From the human T2T-CHM13v2.0 reference genome, Homo sapiens, in assembly GCF_009914755.1 (NCBI RefSeq), contig NC_060931.1: a DNA stretch of 64,000 nt. One strand, 5' to 3'. Each line of letters starts with the position of its first letter. Position 1 is the first letter of the stretch. Made by a program: the position numbers and the translations under genes. Positions 29,476-46,039 of the stretch are shown piece by piece. The notes under the pieces are model-generated. The model searched no databases. It was not told the DNA's origin and saw nothing but the letters and a program-made list of their open reading frames with translations.

Positions 29476-31740
29476 TACCAATGTGACTGTGACTTTGTGG
29501 CCTAGATCTCAAGGAAAAATACCAGAAATTCATTAAGATGTTGCTAGAGTCGAAAAATAGCCGAGGAATCTCTGCACTATCCATGTTTCACCAATTGGCC
29601 ATGTGAGGGAGAGCTCCCACATACACTGATACATTATCTTTGTCATTGTAATTGATGCCCAATAATTTTCAACCCATCAAATGCAGTCCTGATGGAAGGG
29701 ACATTTATTTATCTCCATGTAAGATGATCATCACTTAGAATCCCTAGCTGATCTCAAATTTCCTAACAGCTTAAATCACAATAGTGAAAAAACAAAACAA
29801 AAACAAAAACATAGCACTACTAATTTCCCGACTGCCAAAAGAAGATAGGATCTCACATACCTGAGAGCACCTATGAGTGCCTGCTTAGTGAGTTTAGATA
29901 CCCATTCCAAGTACCAGAGAGAAGACAGGTCATCATGCCCAGATTTTACTAGCTGACTAGGTCCCTTTTTCCTGGAATGGGTAGGGTTGACACTATCCAG
30001 AGATTCCGAGGGGCCAAGAAAGGAAGAGATATTTATATTTCCCCTAAAATAATGTTCTAGAACTTTAGTGTGACTTATCATAGCCTTCACAGAGTCTGCA
30101 TTTCCTAATGAAAAGCATTACAGAAGGTGTTCTTTTTTCTTACATTAACATTCGTTTCACAATAAATTCTTCAAAGCATGAAATAATAATTTAAAGCAAC
30201 TATGTCATGGCTGAGTCCTAATCCTGTATTGGAAGTCTGTATAGGTCTCCAAAACTCTTATCACCTAAAAACCTCCAGAGGACATAGTGAAACTAGGTTT
30301 CTGGGCTTCCAGATGCATTTAAAGGGGAAATAACACCAGACAAAATACAGACTAAAATAATAAGTAAAACACATTATCATGAATAACTATGTGGTAACAA
30401 AGCAGATAACAAGAATACATTTTTGTAAACATATAAAATCCCAAACTGGCACAATAAAAAATAGAATACTTACACAAAAAACCACAACAGAAATAGTAAA
30501 ATTATCAGAGAATTACACATTGAAAGTTACTTATGCTGAGTAATTATAAGCAATGAGTTTCTCCCTGTATGTATCAACATGAAAAAATACAGTTGTCTAT
30601 ATAAAGTGACAAAAGAAAGTTGCAGAACTATTTAACATGATGCTAAAATATATATGTGTGTGTATATACATACACACATATGCATGCTCACATGTTCTTA
30701 GAAAGAACAATCTGAAAAATTATACACTGTATTGTTAAAAGTGGTTTCTTCCTGGGTACTAATTGGAGCAGGAATCAGTTCAAGTTTATAGACCCTATAT
30801 TTGTTTCAAATTCTTACTTCTATTAAAAAAAGTCTAGATAAAAACAAAACTTGATGAAATATACGGTCAAATTTAAAACAACATTGAAAATAATCAAAAG
30901 AGTAATTTTTAGCCTTTCCAGATCCCAAGAAAAGCTTCTAGAAAGTATAGAAGAAAATTGTCTGGATTCAGAGTCACACGTAGTGACAAATTCATGCTTT
31001 GATATCTAAAACAGGACTGCATAGTCAGCTGGGAAGTAGGCAGGAAAAAGATTTTGGTCCTTTTCTGTTACCTCCAAGTAGCTAAGGCACAGGATCTACA
31101 CCAATTTGAAATCTGGGCAGCCAGCACCCAAATGGGTGAAGAGACTTTTTTAGGTAGACAGAGGTATAGTCAGCTTCTTCTAGACCATCAACATCAGTCT
31201 TTCTATAATTATTTAGAAACAATTTCCAACTTAAAGCATGAGCAGGGGTAAAAAGAAATGAGGAATGATACATTGTATCTTGGCATGTATAGTTCCCTCA
31301 AATACAGCAGTATAATTGAAGGTGGCCACAGAAAAAGCCTGTAAGTAGTGTGTTTCTCATTGCTACGTCCAGATAAAGAATAATGGACTGTCTCAGATTT
31401 TTCTAAGACATACATTCTAAGAACAATACAGGGACAGCATGAGTCAATCCAGTAGTGTCTTAAAAAATGGAAGCTGCAGAAAGTGGAAACTGAGGGTGAG
31501 TCTGTACACAAACTTCTTTCTTAAATTTGTGTAATTTAAAATCTGACAGGAAGATTCTATCAGTGTTTACAGAAAGGGGCAGGGATCAAATTGGGGCACA
31601 ATGAACTACCATTTAGTTGTTGCTCCAGAAATAAAATTCTCCTCTCTGGGTTCCTGATTAGCATAAAGTGCATACATCATCTCTAGAGAAACACTAGATG
31701 TTGATGGAATAATTCTTGCTAAAAACTGAAAATTTTTTTA

Positions 31741-31802
31741 AAAAGACAAGGACAAAACCCCACAATAAACCAAAAGAAATCATGATAAGGTGGATGTTTA
31801 TT
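31741..31802 (-). terminator. POT1: Distal poly(A) signal AATAAA (31797-31802) plus GU/U-rich downstream element
   Basis: Minus strand reads AATAAA, then after ~20 nt CTTTTGGTTTATTGTGGGGTTTTGTCCTTGTCTTTT. Confidence 0.8.
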
Positions 31803-32369
31803 TAAAACAAAAATAAGAAGAGACATGGCCTATCATCATGAAGATTCATAGGAAGAGTTTTCCTTTGTTAACGTGGAGATCTTGCAGGCTCACAGTGTGA
31901 ACATATGGCACCTTTGGACCTCTACTCTTCTAGATTGAGGGCTTCCTGAAGGCAGAAAAAATGTTTATTTCACCTTTGTATCCTGAGCACATCATCAACA
32001 CGGAAACACACCTGTTCAACTGTAGGGTTTTAAAATATTTTTCCTGAAAATGTTTTGAACCAAGAGTCTATATTCTTGAAAATAAAATCAGTCTTTCTCA
32101 TTGTCTCAAACAAGCTGATAAGTCGATGATGGGGGACATTGGTAGTTAGGTAAAGAAGATGTGTTAATGTACTCAGGAACTAGAATTTAGAGTTATTATG
32201 AGCAAAGAAAGTCAGTTATCCAATCTTTTTGACAATAAGATGTTAAAAGTATTTTGAAACTATAGAAAAACACACTGACTCCTCTTATAATCTATTTCCA
32301 ATGTTATTTCAGATGTTTAAGTCAAAGACTCGTTGCAGAAAACTGTTAGCTTCTGTTCCAGAATCCTTG

Positions 32370-32560
32370 AGTGGTTAACAGTACAGGCTCTGAATAGAGA
32401 TTATGTGAATTAAGGCACAGACTCTAGCTTTTACAAACTGTGTGAACTTAGTCAAGTCAGCTTATCAATCAAGCCTCAGATTTCTTATCGGAAAAATAGG
32501 TTGCTGTGAGGATCAAATACATGTTTAGTGCTTAGCACAGTACCTGGGATGTAGACAGCC
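32370..32560 (+). mobile_element. MIR within the POT1 3'UTR (antisense to the mRNA)
   Basis: gcctcagatttcttatc...ggttgctgtgaggatcaaat...gcttagcacagtacctgg. Confidence 0.7.
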
Positions 32561-32931
32561 CTAAACATCTGCTGCATTGCCACACCTATTTCGATTCTTT
32601 GCCTCATATCATTTTTCAGCTCAACTTAGGGCAAATAAATGAAACAGTTGAAATGTGTGCACTTATTTATTCTTCACTAATATTAAACCAGGTAATTTAT
32701 ATCTGTCTTTGGCAAATAACATACACAAATCTATATATATATATATAAATGTTTGTATAAAATTGAATATTCATGATTTTAAATTTGACAAACACTGTCA
32801 GGTAAAAATCAAACTATTTTACTAAGTTAACATCTCATTCAATTAGTTGTAAGTTGTAATAGCGGCATATTTTACATGAGACTATTAGAAAAGGATAATA
32901 TTAAGTCATTAACATTATAAATCTGACCACT

Positions 32932-32937
32932 TTTATT
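32932..32937 (-). terminator. POT1: Candidate proximal poly(A) signal AATAAA
   Basis: Canonical hexamer ~420 nt after the stop; upstream UGUA at 33002-33005; AU-rich downstream. Confidence 0.5.
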
Positions 32938-33355
32938 AGGTTGAGGTGAAATAGAGAAATCTCTACTATCCTGGAGAGAAACAAGCAATAAAACCATGTA
33001 TTACAAGTTTAAAGAAATGAATTTATCCTAAAATCATCAGTATCAGCACCCCAACAAAGCAACTTTGCCATTTCTACTTAAAGTACACTGTAGCTTGATC
33101 AGACACTTATCTCAGCAGTACTTGTTTAAGCAGGTCTCTTTGTACAAAAGCAAAACAGAAAGCAAAACAAAATCCATAGCCATTATTTACCTTGCACCCA
33201 GTAAAAGCCAAGAGATTTAAGGTAAGGACATTTTCTAATCCCATACCCATGCTAACATCATCAACATTGCTGATACAAAACTCAGGTCAGGAAAAGAAGC
33301 TCAAACAGGGAAGGTGAGTGGCAACATTTTATGTATGCTAAATTGGATGGCAATA

Positions 33356-33496
<141 letters not shown>

Positions 33497-34564
33497 TTAA
33501 CCATTAAAACAAAATAAATAACTCTGAAATAGGTACCTAAGCTTACCACTGAGCTAGAAAAATTAACATTTATTTTGGCTTGAAAAGTAAGTAAACGTCC
33601 CTTCCAAATTTAACATTATTCTCTCTTCAAAATACATACTAGATTCATGTTATTGTTTTGGAGCAATTGTGACTAATTTGAATTTTTTGCCACAAGCAGG
33701 TAACAGTGAGTACATCTTGGGTTTCAAAATGGTTGGTATATATTTTAAAAATCTAAAATAGTGGTTACAATGGGTCTACCAGGCCCATGCTTTTGGATAT
33801 AAAGACTTACTTCTAGAAATCTATCCAAAAGAATCCAAACAGTTAACACAAATTAAAACTGACAACAAATAAAGGTATTCAAGTTAAACTTGGTTAGAGA
33901 TCAACACAAATTCCTATCATTATGTAACTATTATAAGATGCAAAGATTGACCAGGGAGAGTAAAGCCTGATTAAAAATAGTATATAAAAATTAAACCAGC
34001 TGCTAAATCTGCAGCTGGTAAAATTTCCTACGATAAAAAATTGTTAGAAAAATCAAAATTGTCTTAATATGACTTAGATCTGCAAGTTTCAACATAAGTA
34101 CAAATATAGTCACAGAAGGAAAATTCAGTGGCAGCAGGTATAAGCAGTACAATTTGAAATGAGGAAGATCTGGTTTATTAATCAAATGTTTATGCAGAAA
34201 ACAAAGCTCACAAAAAATTGGTAAAACAAAAGCTTGTAAAATCTGAAACTAATGATAAATAAAAAAATTAATCCATGAATTAAATTGGATAATTGGAGTT
34301 TGTTACAGAAAATGTTTACTGCCAACAATTCATCACTTTTGGTCTAATTTCAACTAAAATGCTTGTAGCATGACAATGTCAAATGTGCTTGTGATCAAAA
34401 CTATCTCCCTTTCCTATATTTAAAAATATTTTTAAAATCTTTTGACTGCAGGAATTATGATTCATAACTATTTTATCCCTGCCACTCTCTTCATCAAAGG
34501 TTGATCATAGAGTAATCACTCACTACTTAGTAAATCATTTGGAAGCAAAGCTTTCAGACTTCTA

Positions 34565-34759
<195 letters not shown>

Positions 34760-35307
34760 TCATGAGAGAAAAAAAAAGGAAATAATATTAATCCTTTTTA
34801 ATGTTATTATTAACACATATTTCAATATTGTCCAATTAAAAGATCATCTAGACAGTTTCCCTCTATCAAGATTGTAGAATTCATAAACTAGAATGCTGGT
34901 CTCAACTCCAAAATCTTATTTACTCTTTAATCTTAAAATAGCTTTGAGATACACGTAATCAAGTAAATTGCTCTGATTTAATAATGATGATGGTAATAAT
35001 GATTTAAAAACAATGAGGCTGACTATTCTCTTTGTGCATAGAAAAAAAAATCTTGTGCTAAGCTTAAATGAATATAACATACAGTATATGTATTATATAG
35101 TTATTTAATTTTTCTCTTCCCTACTATGTTATAAGTTTCAAGAAGGAAGGAATTTTGTTTACTTTGTTCACCGCTGTGTCTCCATCACATAGGATAGTAC
35201 CTAGTACATAGGAGGTGCTCATTAAATATTTAATGAAAGGTTAAATGAATTGTGTAGGTGGGAGAAAAATTCTCCTCTCAACTATACCTCAGATCTTTTC
35301 CAATCCA

Positions 35308-35902
35308 TGTAGTAAACATTTTAACTTTACCCTAAGAGAGGTCTGGGCTTTGACCTTAGCTTGTGGAACGTAATCTCTAAGCCCTTTCTATGTCACACTT
35401 GATAGAAGTATTTTTGCCTGGAAGCCCTGGGTCACTATGAATAGTTTAACAATATGATGTAGGGTGGAAAGTTTGGAGCATGTGGTATCAGCTTGATCTC
35501 AAGAGGGGCTGAAGACTATGATCAGCCATATGGGCAGTCAACCATACCTACGTGATAGAGTCCCACTAAAATCTTTTAGCAGAGCTTCCCTATCTGGCAA
35601 TATATTATGTATACTGCTACACACTGTTGCAGGGAAAGTAACAGTCCACAACTCTATGGGGAGAGGACAACTATAAGTTCCATGTCTGGAACTTTCCTGG
35701 ACTCTGTCCTATACATCTCTTTCATTATCTGATTTTAATGTACATCCTTTAGCTGTAATAATCTGTAACTGTCAGTATAACAGTTTTCAGTGAGTTCTAG
35801 GAGTCTTGTGAATTATCAAATCTAAGAGTGGCCTTGAGGACTTCCAAGTGCAATTAGTGTCAGAAATGAGGAAGGTTTTGTAGACTGCCTCAAAACTTTA
35901 TA
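35308..35902. mobile_element. ERVL LTR, MER21/MER77 group
   Basis: tgtagtaaa...agagaggtctgg...taatctctaagccc...cagtgagttct...gtgtcagaa motifs. Confidence 0.6.
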
Positions 35903-35979
35903 CAATAATATCTATCTTCCCTGTTAAAGTAACTTCATTCCTCTAATATGAAATGTGGAGGTTTAAAAAGTATGATCAA

Positions 35980-36296
35980 GGCTGGGCACGGTGGCTCACG
36001 CCTGTAATCTCAGCACTTTGGGAGGCCAAGGGTGGGTGGATCATGAGGTCAGGAGTTCAAGACCAGCCTGGCCAAGATGGTGAAACCCTGTCTCTACAAA
36101 AATACAAAAATTAGCTGGGCGTGGTGGTGCATACCTGCAATCCCAGCTACTTGGGAGGCTGAGGCAGAGAACTGCTTGAACCCGGGAGGCGGAGGTTGCA
36201 GTGAGCTGAGATCGTGCCACTGCACTCCAGCCTGGGCAACAGAGCAAGACTCCATCTCAAAAAACAAACAAACAAACAAACAAACAAACAAACAAA
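35980..36296 (+). mobile_element. AluS with (AAAC)n tail
   Basis: Full Alu. Confidence 0.95.
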
Positions 36297-36574
36297 AGTA
36301 CGATAAAATGTTGACTACAAATAATGCTTCCATAGTGTGGCCGTATCTCTGCATTTTGGCCATGGTATAGGGAATGACTCTTTAAATCCCTGTTCCTTAA
36401 TTTTTCACTATTCAAATGTTAAGATTTAGTGTCAAATAAAAAAAGAGATACATACACAGATGATTCAAGATTTATGTGCTCATATTTTACTTATATTTTT
36501 AAGGTGCCTTAAGTCCTTTTAGGAACAAAGCAGGTATGAATAAATGTATTCAATTTTTTAAATATTATTTTTTA

Positions 36575-36718
<144 letters not shown>

Positions 36719-36834
36719 TCAAACCATATGAGTCTGCTATTCCTTATTATCAAGGTAAAGTTAAAATTGTTTTATGATAGTATAGACCTGTAAATTTTAT
36801 TTACTAAAATAACTCAAGATACAAAGAAAAACTT

Positions 36835-37012
36835 GGCATTATCTCCAGGTAGATAGTGTCAGAATTGAACTGGAGGACACCCAGCTGGCGTCTGCTGAGG
36901 GATTGCCTGCTTGGTGTGTGGGTGAAAACCCCTATGCATTTGGTCACATAAGTCTTCTGCGCTGATTGCTGTGGTGGCAGAGCAGAGGACAGTTTGTGTT
37001 TTTAACTCCACA
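36835..37012. mobile_element. MER21-like LTR fragment
   Basis: ccaggtagatagtgtcagaattgaactggaggacacccagctgg...gcttggtgtgtgg. Confidence 0.65.
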
Positions 37013-37149
37013 GATACTCAACCTATAATTAAGCTCATTTAGCAGATTCATTTTGGAATATTTCACTATACCTACATAGGGAGAATATCTTATGATAAGC
37101 AATTTAATCTTTTTGATTAAATATTAACGTATTTAAAATAAGTTGACAC

Positions 37150-37605
<456 letters not shown>

Positions 37606-38043
37606 CTATTATAAGCTAGGGGAATAATTTATAACTTTAAAAAAGAAAAAAGGGATATCATCTGGTTGAATGGACAAGAATGTCAGAATCTGAGATTTAA
37701 TAATTTGGTAAGATAAGGAAGAAATAAGAAATTAGACATACTGGGTAAAATGAAAATTCACAGGTTAAGATAAATATCTTCTTGTTTGGAAATGGAAGAT
37801 ACTCAATTTATAGAATGTTTTATTAGCTTTTATCTGTGGAACCCATATTTAAACAGTAGAACTAATTAACAGGGAAAGTAAGAATAAATTAGGACATACA
37901 GACATGAACTAGGGCATACAACAGACATTAATACAGGGAAACTGAATTTTAGGCTTCAAAAGGTCTCAATAGGTTAAAACTGTGAACTAAAACTAAGAAA
38001 GATGAACTTAGCACCTACTCCCAGGAACCATAAAAACAAAGAT

Positions 38044-38155
38044 ATTACATTAAGAATAGAACGAAGAGACCAAGTTCAAGAAGTTCATGTGACAGAAAAA
38101 AAAATTACATTAAGAATAGAATGAGAAGACCAAGTTCAAGAAGTTCATGTGACAG
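38044..38155. repeat. 60-bp-period tandem duplication
   Basis: attacattaagaatagaa...aagttcatgtgacag twice, separated by an A-run. Confidence 0.9.
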
Positions 38156-38645
38156 GACCCTAGGATTTCACTGGACCACAAATAAAACATGAGATGGCTG
38201 TATCAAAAAGGAAAGAAAACAAAACCAAGTGTACAAATAAATAGCTATACAATGACATTTCAGGCTAGTAGAAGCTGAGTGTCCAGTTTCAGGTAAATAA
38301 TAATTTCACTCTATTCTGAATTGGCCAAACAACATCTGCAGCACAATGTCCAGCTCTGAATGCCAAATTCTGAGAAAAGCACTGGTAAAGTGGAATGCTT
38401 ACTGAGGAGGAAAAACAAAATAGTAAGGCATAGGGGAAAGTATGTGACGGTGCCTGCTTGAAGAAATACAGACTAAAGGAAGGCTTGGCAGATATCTTTA
38501 AATTTACAAAGTCTGTTTATCTTACAGAGGAAGGAATAAGTATACAAAGAAGGAACAGGTATACTTTCAGGTATACTGAAATATAAGTAGGTGAAATAAC
38601 CTTGTATACAAACAGTTAAAATTGCAGGGCATGGAAATTTAGCTA

Positions 38646-38768
<123 letters not shown>

Positions 38769-39132
38769 TTAAAAATAATTTAGCTTGTTTGTTATAACTT
38801 TTTACTGCTCAAACATGTGTAGTTTTAAAATATAAATTATTAAACAGAAGAATACTGCATCCCCTATATTGTAATGTGCTTGTTTGTTTCACAAGAGAAT
38901 TATGAAAGAGTAAGCTTATTACATAAAGGCAATAAAAAAGACAGTATAAGATTCAGAATAAACAACTCTAAATTGAGAACAGGGTGCTCGGTTCCAGGTC
39001 CAAATCATTAATTAATTTTGCTCTCAATTTCCTTATTTGTTAAAATGAAAAGTTGAAGAAAATGATCATCTCTAAGAATTCTCTGATTCTATGATCTATA
39101 TCTATATCTATATCTATATCTATATATATATA

Positions 39133-39391
39133 TTTTTTAAGACAAGGTCTCACTCTGTCACCCAGGCACTGTCACCTCTGCCTCCTGGGCTCAAGTGAGC
39201 CTCCCACCTCAGCCTTCCAAGTAGCTAGAACCACAGTTGCACACCACCATGCCTGGGTGATTTTTGTAATTTTATAGAGACAGGGTCTTGCCACAATGCC
39301 CAGGCTGGTCTCAACTCCTGAGCTCAAGCCATCTGCCTGCCTTGGCCTCCCAAAGTACTGGGATTACAGGTGTGAGCCACCATACCTGGCC
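39133..39391 (-). mobile_element. AluJ preceded by (ATATCT)n/(AT)n microsatellite
   Basis: Reverse Alu with internal deletion. Confidence 0.9.
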
Positions 39392-40249
39392 TCTGTAAGT
39401 AATATCTTAATAAATTCAAAGTGTTAATAAATATGGCCAATAGAGAAAAATTACTAAACAGTCAGAACATGCAAGATTCTAGATAATTAATATTTTTAGT
39501 AAGCACATATCCAGAGGTTTGTAGTTTATGATGCCTAATTCCATAGTTAACTTTTGAAATGTATATAAATCTAAGACTACACAATACACTAAAGTTGTGC
39601 ATTGTGTAGTACAGTTATTTTGCTTTACTTGAATACCAACATATTTTAACTATGAGTAATTTATTTTTTATTATGCATCATCATAATGTTTATGAGATGT
39701 TGATAAGAAAATATACTTGAAAAGATATACTTGAATAAAAATAAAAGTTCGAAAGGTCCATGCAATTTGTTTTCATTTGCACTTTGAGGAAAACAAGAGG
39801 GTAACCACATTACATCTTATACCCTTCTATTTATTAAATATATAGGTGTTTCTTTTCTAATAAAAGATGTCAATTTAACAAAAGAATATTATTGCCTAAG
39901 AAAAAGACTACGATATTGATTAGCATTAGACATTATTAAAGTTAGTATAAAAATTAAAAATTAAGGATATTAAGTCAAAATTAAATACAGAACTACTTAC
40001 TTCCAAAGCAGTGAAAGGGGAAACAGAAAAAATTAGAAACATAAACTAAATATATCAATAACTTAAGAACATATTTAAACTCCACTATTAAAACTAAAAT
40101 TTAGCCATAAGCTTTTATTTATGAGTGACATACAAATTAGAATGCCAGAAACTTGAAAGCAAAGGGATGAGAGTAACCTATAAAGCAATTACCAAACAAA
40201 AATTTTAAAAAAACCTATAAAACACAAGAAACCATAAAGTTAAAAAGGC

Positions 40250-41790
40250 ATGGAATACACTAGAAGTATGGATGAAACTGACAAAGATTAGTATCTCTAA
40301 AACGGAAAGAAACCTTACAATCAATTACATGTATGTGCGCTCACACATGAACCAACAAAGAAATCAGTAACCACATAGAAAAACAGGCAAAAGATGTGAA
40401 CATGGAATTCATAGAGTAGGAAACCTATGTAGCTGATAAACACGGGGGCTGCTTAAACACACTAGACATCTAGGAAATACAAATAAAAACATTATGGATA
40501 CCATCTGATGCTCGCTGGCCTGACAAAATTACAAAATTAATGCCAAGTATCAGACAGAAATAGACTAATACCAAGTGTTGGAGTGAACTTGGTAGAAACT
40601 AAAATTTTATACATTACTGATGGGACCATATATTGTTAAAACCATGGGAAGAACAATTTGGTATTTCTTCCCATAAAGCAAAACTTATATACACCTTATA
40701 ATCCAGTAATTCTAATTTCAGGTAAACACCTTAGGAGTAACTTTCAAACATTTTTGTTAAGGACTCACAGTAAGAAATTCATTTAATATCATATCTTAGT
40801 AATACATACATACACATACAATTGAAATGAAAGTTTAGGAAACAACACTGACCCTTACTGTGTAAAATGTTCTCTATTATCCATTCCCTCTCATTCCATT
40901 TTTTACTACAACCACATCATATAATTTAAAAAAAAACTGTTTATGACCCACTGAACTCATTTTATGACAAGGGAAATAGACAAGAAAACATATAACGTGA
41001 CTTCATTATGGTCTGTAAATGAAACAAAAAATAACACATATCCATTAATAGGAAAATAGGCTAATAAATTCTGATATTTCATAACATACTCCATAGATGT
41101 TAAATAATCTAAATCTACATGCGTCAATAGTGGTAAATCTTGAAAATTTTAATGAATCAAAAAAAGCAAGCTGCAAAAGGCTTGGCATAGTACGAAACAG
41201 TTTATATAAATTTAAAAAATGAAAAATACGCCATACTGCTTAAGAGTTCACACATATAATGAAGGCATAAAAACATTGATGAGAAGGATTTAATCCAAGT
41301 TTGGAAAAGTAGCTACCTCTGAGAAAAAAGAGTTAGAGAAGGGATTGATATGGCGTTATACTACTTCTCTGTAACATTTAATTTCTTAAAAATAAAAAAA
41401 AATAAAAAAAAAAAAAAAGTTTGGAGGCCAAGGTAGGCAGATTGCTTGAACTCCAGAGTTCAAGAACAGCCTGGGCAACATGGCAAAACCCCATCCCTAC
41501 AAAAATTAGCCAGGTGTGGTGGTGTGCACCTGTAGTCCCAGCTAGTTGGGAGGCTGAGATAGTAGGATTGCTTGAGCCCAGGATGTCAAGGCTACAATGA
41601 GCTGAAATCATGCCACTTCAGCCTGGGTATCAGAATGACACTGTCTCCAAAAAAAAAAAAAAAAAAAAAAATTCTGAAATAATGTCAAAACGTTACGATT
41701 TGTTAAATCTAAATGGTGGATACGTAATTGTTGTGATGTTACTTTTTTAATTTTTCTATAAGTTAAAATTATTTCATAACCCAAAAATAA
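40250..41790 (+). mobile_element. Old L1ME/MD 3' fragments
   Basis: Degenerate ORF2 end and 3'UTR motifs. Confidence 0.5.
41419..41670 (+). mobile_element. AluJ, 5'-truncated
   Basis: Alu body and poly-A. Confidence 0.9.
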
Positions 41791-41929
41791 AAAGAAGAAT
41801 CAATTAAAAGATATACTGGCTTTTGATGATGAAACTCAAGTAATAAAAAATGTAAAAATGTCTTAAAATCTGGAGTGTGAACAGCATTTGCCTTAGTTTT
41901 GAAGCAACCAGTAAAAAGTCAACAGCCTT

Positions 41930-42234
41930 GGTTGGGCACAGTGGCTCACACCTGTAATCCCAGCACTTTGGGAGGCCGAGGTGGGCAGATCACCTAAGGT
42001 CAGGAGGTCAAAACCAGCCTGGCCAACATGGTGAAACCTCGTTTCTAATAACAATACGAAACAATCAGCCGGGTGTTAGTGGTGCATGCCTGTAGTCCCA
42101 GCTACTCGGCGGGGGGGTTGAGACAGGAGAATCGCTTGAACCGGGGAGGCAGAGGTTGCAGTGAGCTGAGATCATGCCACTGCACTCCTATCTGGGCAAT
42201 AGAGCAAGACTTCATCTCAAAAAAAAAAAAAAAA
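41930..42234 (+). mobile_element. AluS
   Basis: Full Alu. Confidence 0.93.
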
Positions 42235-43348
42235 TGGGGTCCTTAAGGTAATTTTTTTGAGACTTCTAGTAAAAGAAGTAGTAGTATTTCAGAGTTTAAA
42301 ATGAATATGAATATTTCCTTTCCTGGTTTAGACGCGTCACGGTGCCCAGTACTGGCAAGGCAAAATAGAGAGAAAAGGGAAAGAACAAAAGCAAGTGAGC
42401 GAGGATGAGCATGCAAAAAGAGAAAGCTCAGTGACTTATTATACAAGAAAAACTGAATTTTATGAGTTTTAATTTTTTAATTAATTGGCTTAATTAAAAA
42501 TCATTTTATTTTCAAAAAAGATGGACTCTCAGATCATGAGTCTAATGAGAGGGAGAATTAGACACTGAGTATATCAGTAAAAACAGCTATAACACAGAGA
42601 TTTAAGTCAGTGGCATACACTTTCGCTTTATGGCTAAAATTTTATGATATGTTGGAAGGACAGAGGGCAATGCCTAACAGTGACTTTACCACACAATTAG
42701 GGAGGTATCATGCTTACCGTATAATATTTTTCAACCAGTATATAATTTTTCAATCAGGATTTACACATTATGACAATGACTACTAATTGCTACAAATGTA
42801 GAAGTCGGAAAGAAAGAGGAATAGGATGATAAAACATATGTTATAATCCAAGGTTTCTCAAATCAGAATGTGTCCAGGGTGATTGTTTCATCAAGCAGTA
42901 GAGGAGATTTTATCCCTACCCCCTCCTTCTAAATGTAGAAATCTGTTTATAGCTCCTAATGAATTCTTTTATATTCCAATTTTCAGTGGCAGCAAATTTG
43001 TAATTTAGTGGCTCAGAAATTCTGAAATTGAATCACTTAATTTTTACTAGGTTTGCAGCTCTGAATTTTTCTCTGTAACTGGAATCTAAATCCTCACTGT
43101 TAAAGAAAACAAGTGAGTACCAGCCTCTGGCTGAGGAATCAAAAGACAGCAGCCTTATGCCTCACATATTGCGTGTACTCTCACTATATATGCTTATCAA
43201 AAGAACAGATATATGCCAGAAAAACCTAGTACATATAAGTTGATACACTGTAAGTTCATGCTGAACATATAGTAACCAATGAAATAAACTAATAAAAATT
43301 ACTCTTCAACAGTTTTTAATTCCAAAAGTTTTCTCAGTTGAAAACACC

Positions 43349-44974
<1,626 letters not shown>

Positions 44975-46039
44975 TTAAAAAAATCAATGCACAAAAATGC
45001 TGAGACTTTGGTAAAATATAAAGCTTGTGAAATTTTAACCAACTTCTTAAATTTAAACAAATTGCTCTTTATTTCAGGAACACTTTGGTTCAAATAACCA
45101 AAAGAGGGAATATAAATTAAAAGCTAAGTTATGATCAGATTCTCACTAATTTGCTATATACTAATTAATATCTGGGCAAATTTAGAGTTTAAATCTCAAT
45201 TTTCAGGTCAATATTTCATTTAAATATAGATATGAGTAGTTCATGTAATATGAATTCACATATAAAATTGGTTCATTTTTCCTGGGAAAATTATCACAGT
45301 TAATTCTATGACAGAGTAAGCATTCAAATGACCAGGCTGGCTGAGAAGTATTGTCCAATGGCATCCATTATTAGAAGGCAGTGTCCTTTTTACTTAGCTA
45401 ATAATGCTTCCTCTCTCCAGGCAAAACGAAAAGGATTTAAAAAATACCTCTGTGTATTTCCTAAAATTTGGGTAGAATTTGTAATGTCAACATTCAATTA
45501 TAAAGGAGAAGCACTTCTGGTATAGCAGAGTGAGGACATCCAAAGACACACTTGACTATAACAGCAGTAAGAATATTGGCAAAAACTGTAAAACCTTTTT
45601 TAGAATTCTGGAAATTACCAGAGGCCTTCAACAATCCAAGGAGTGTTTGCTCCAGAAAAAGGGCTGAATTTTGGCAAGAACGGTGAGCTCTGTGGCATTT
45701 TAACTTGCCCTGTTCCCATCCTCCTTCCCCCAAGCTCTTTGTTACTGGAAGCCAGAGTTCTGCTATATCATATTGCAGCTAGATAGAAACTCTCATTATG
45801 CATGCTTAAAAACTCAAAACAATATTCCCTAAGCATGCTACTTAAAAGTTTCACAGCCCAAAAGTTAGTCTATCTTTTGGAGACTGATACCTAGCCCTGC
45901 TGAAGAGACTCCTGCCTACTGTTCAAAACTGCAATAGGTGACCATTCACTAACTCTTTTCTCTATGAGTTCCTCCCCAAAAACACTATTTCAAAGAATCT
46001 GGTGAGAGCTCATCTAGTCATTCACACTGGCCAGTCACA

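Larger units (their letters stand above)
31780..33355 (-). other. POT1: POT1 3'UTR (long form, ~1.6 kb)
   Basis: Follows the stop codon; ends ~17 nt after an AATAAA that has a GU-rich downstream element. Confidence 0.8.
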
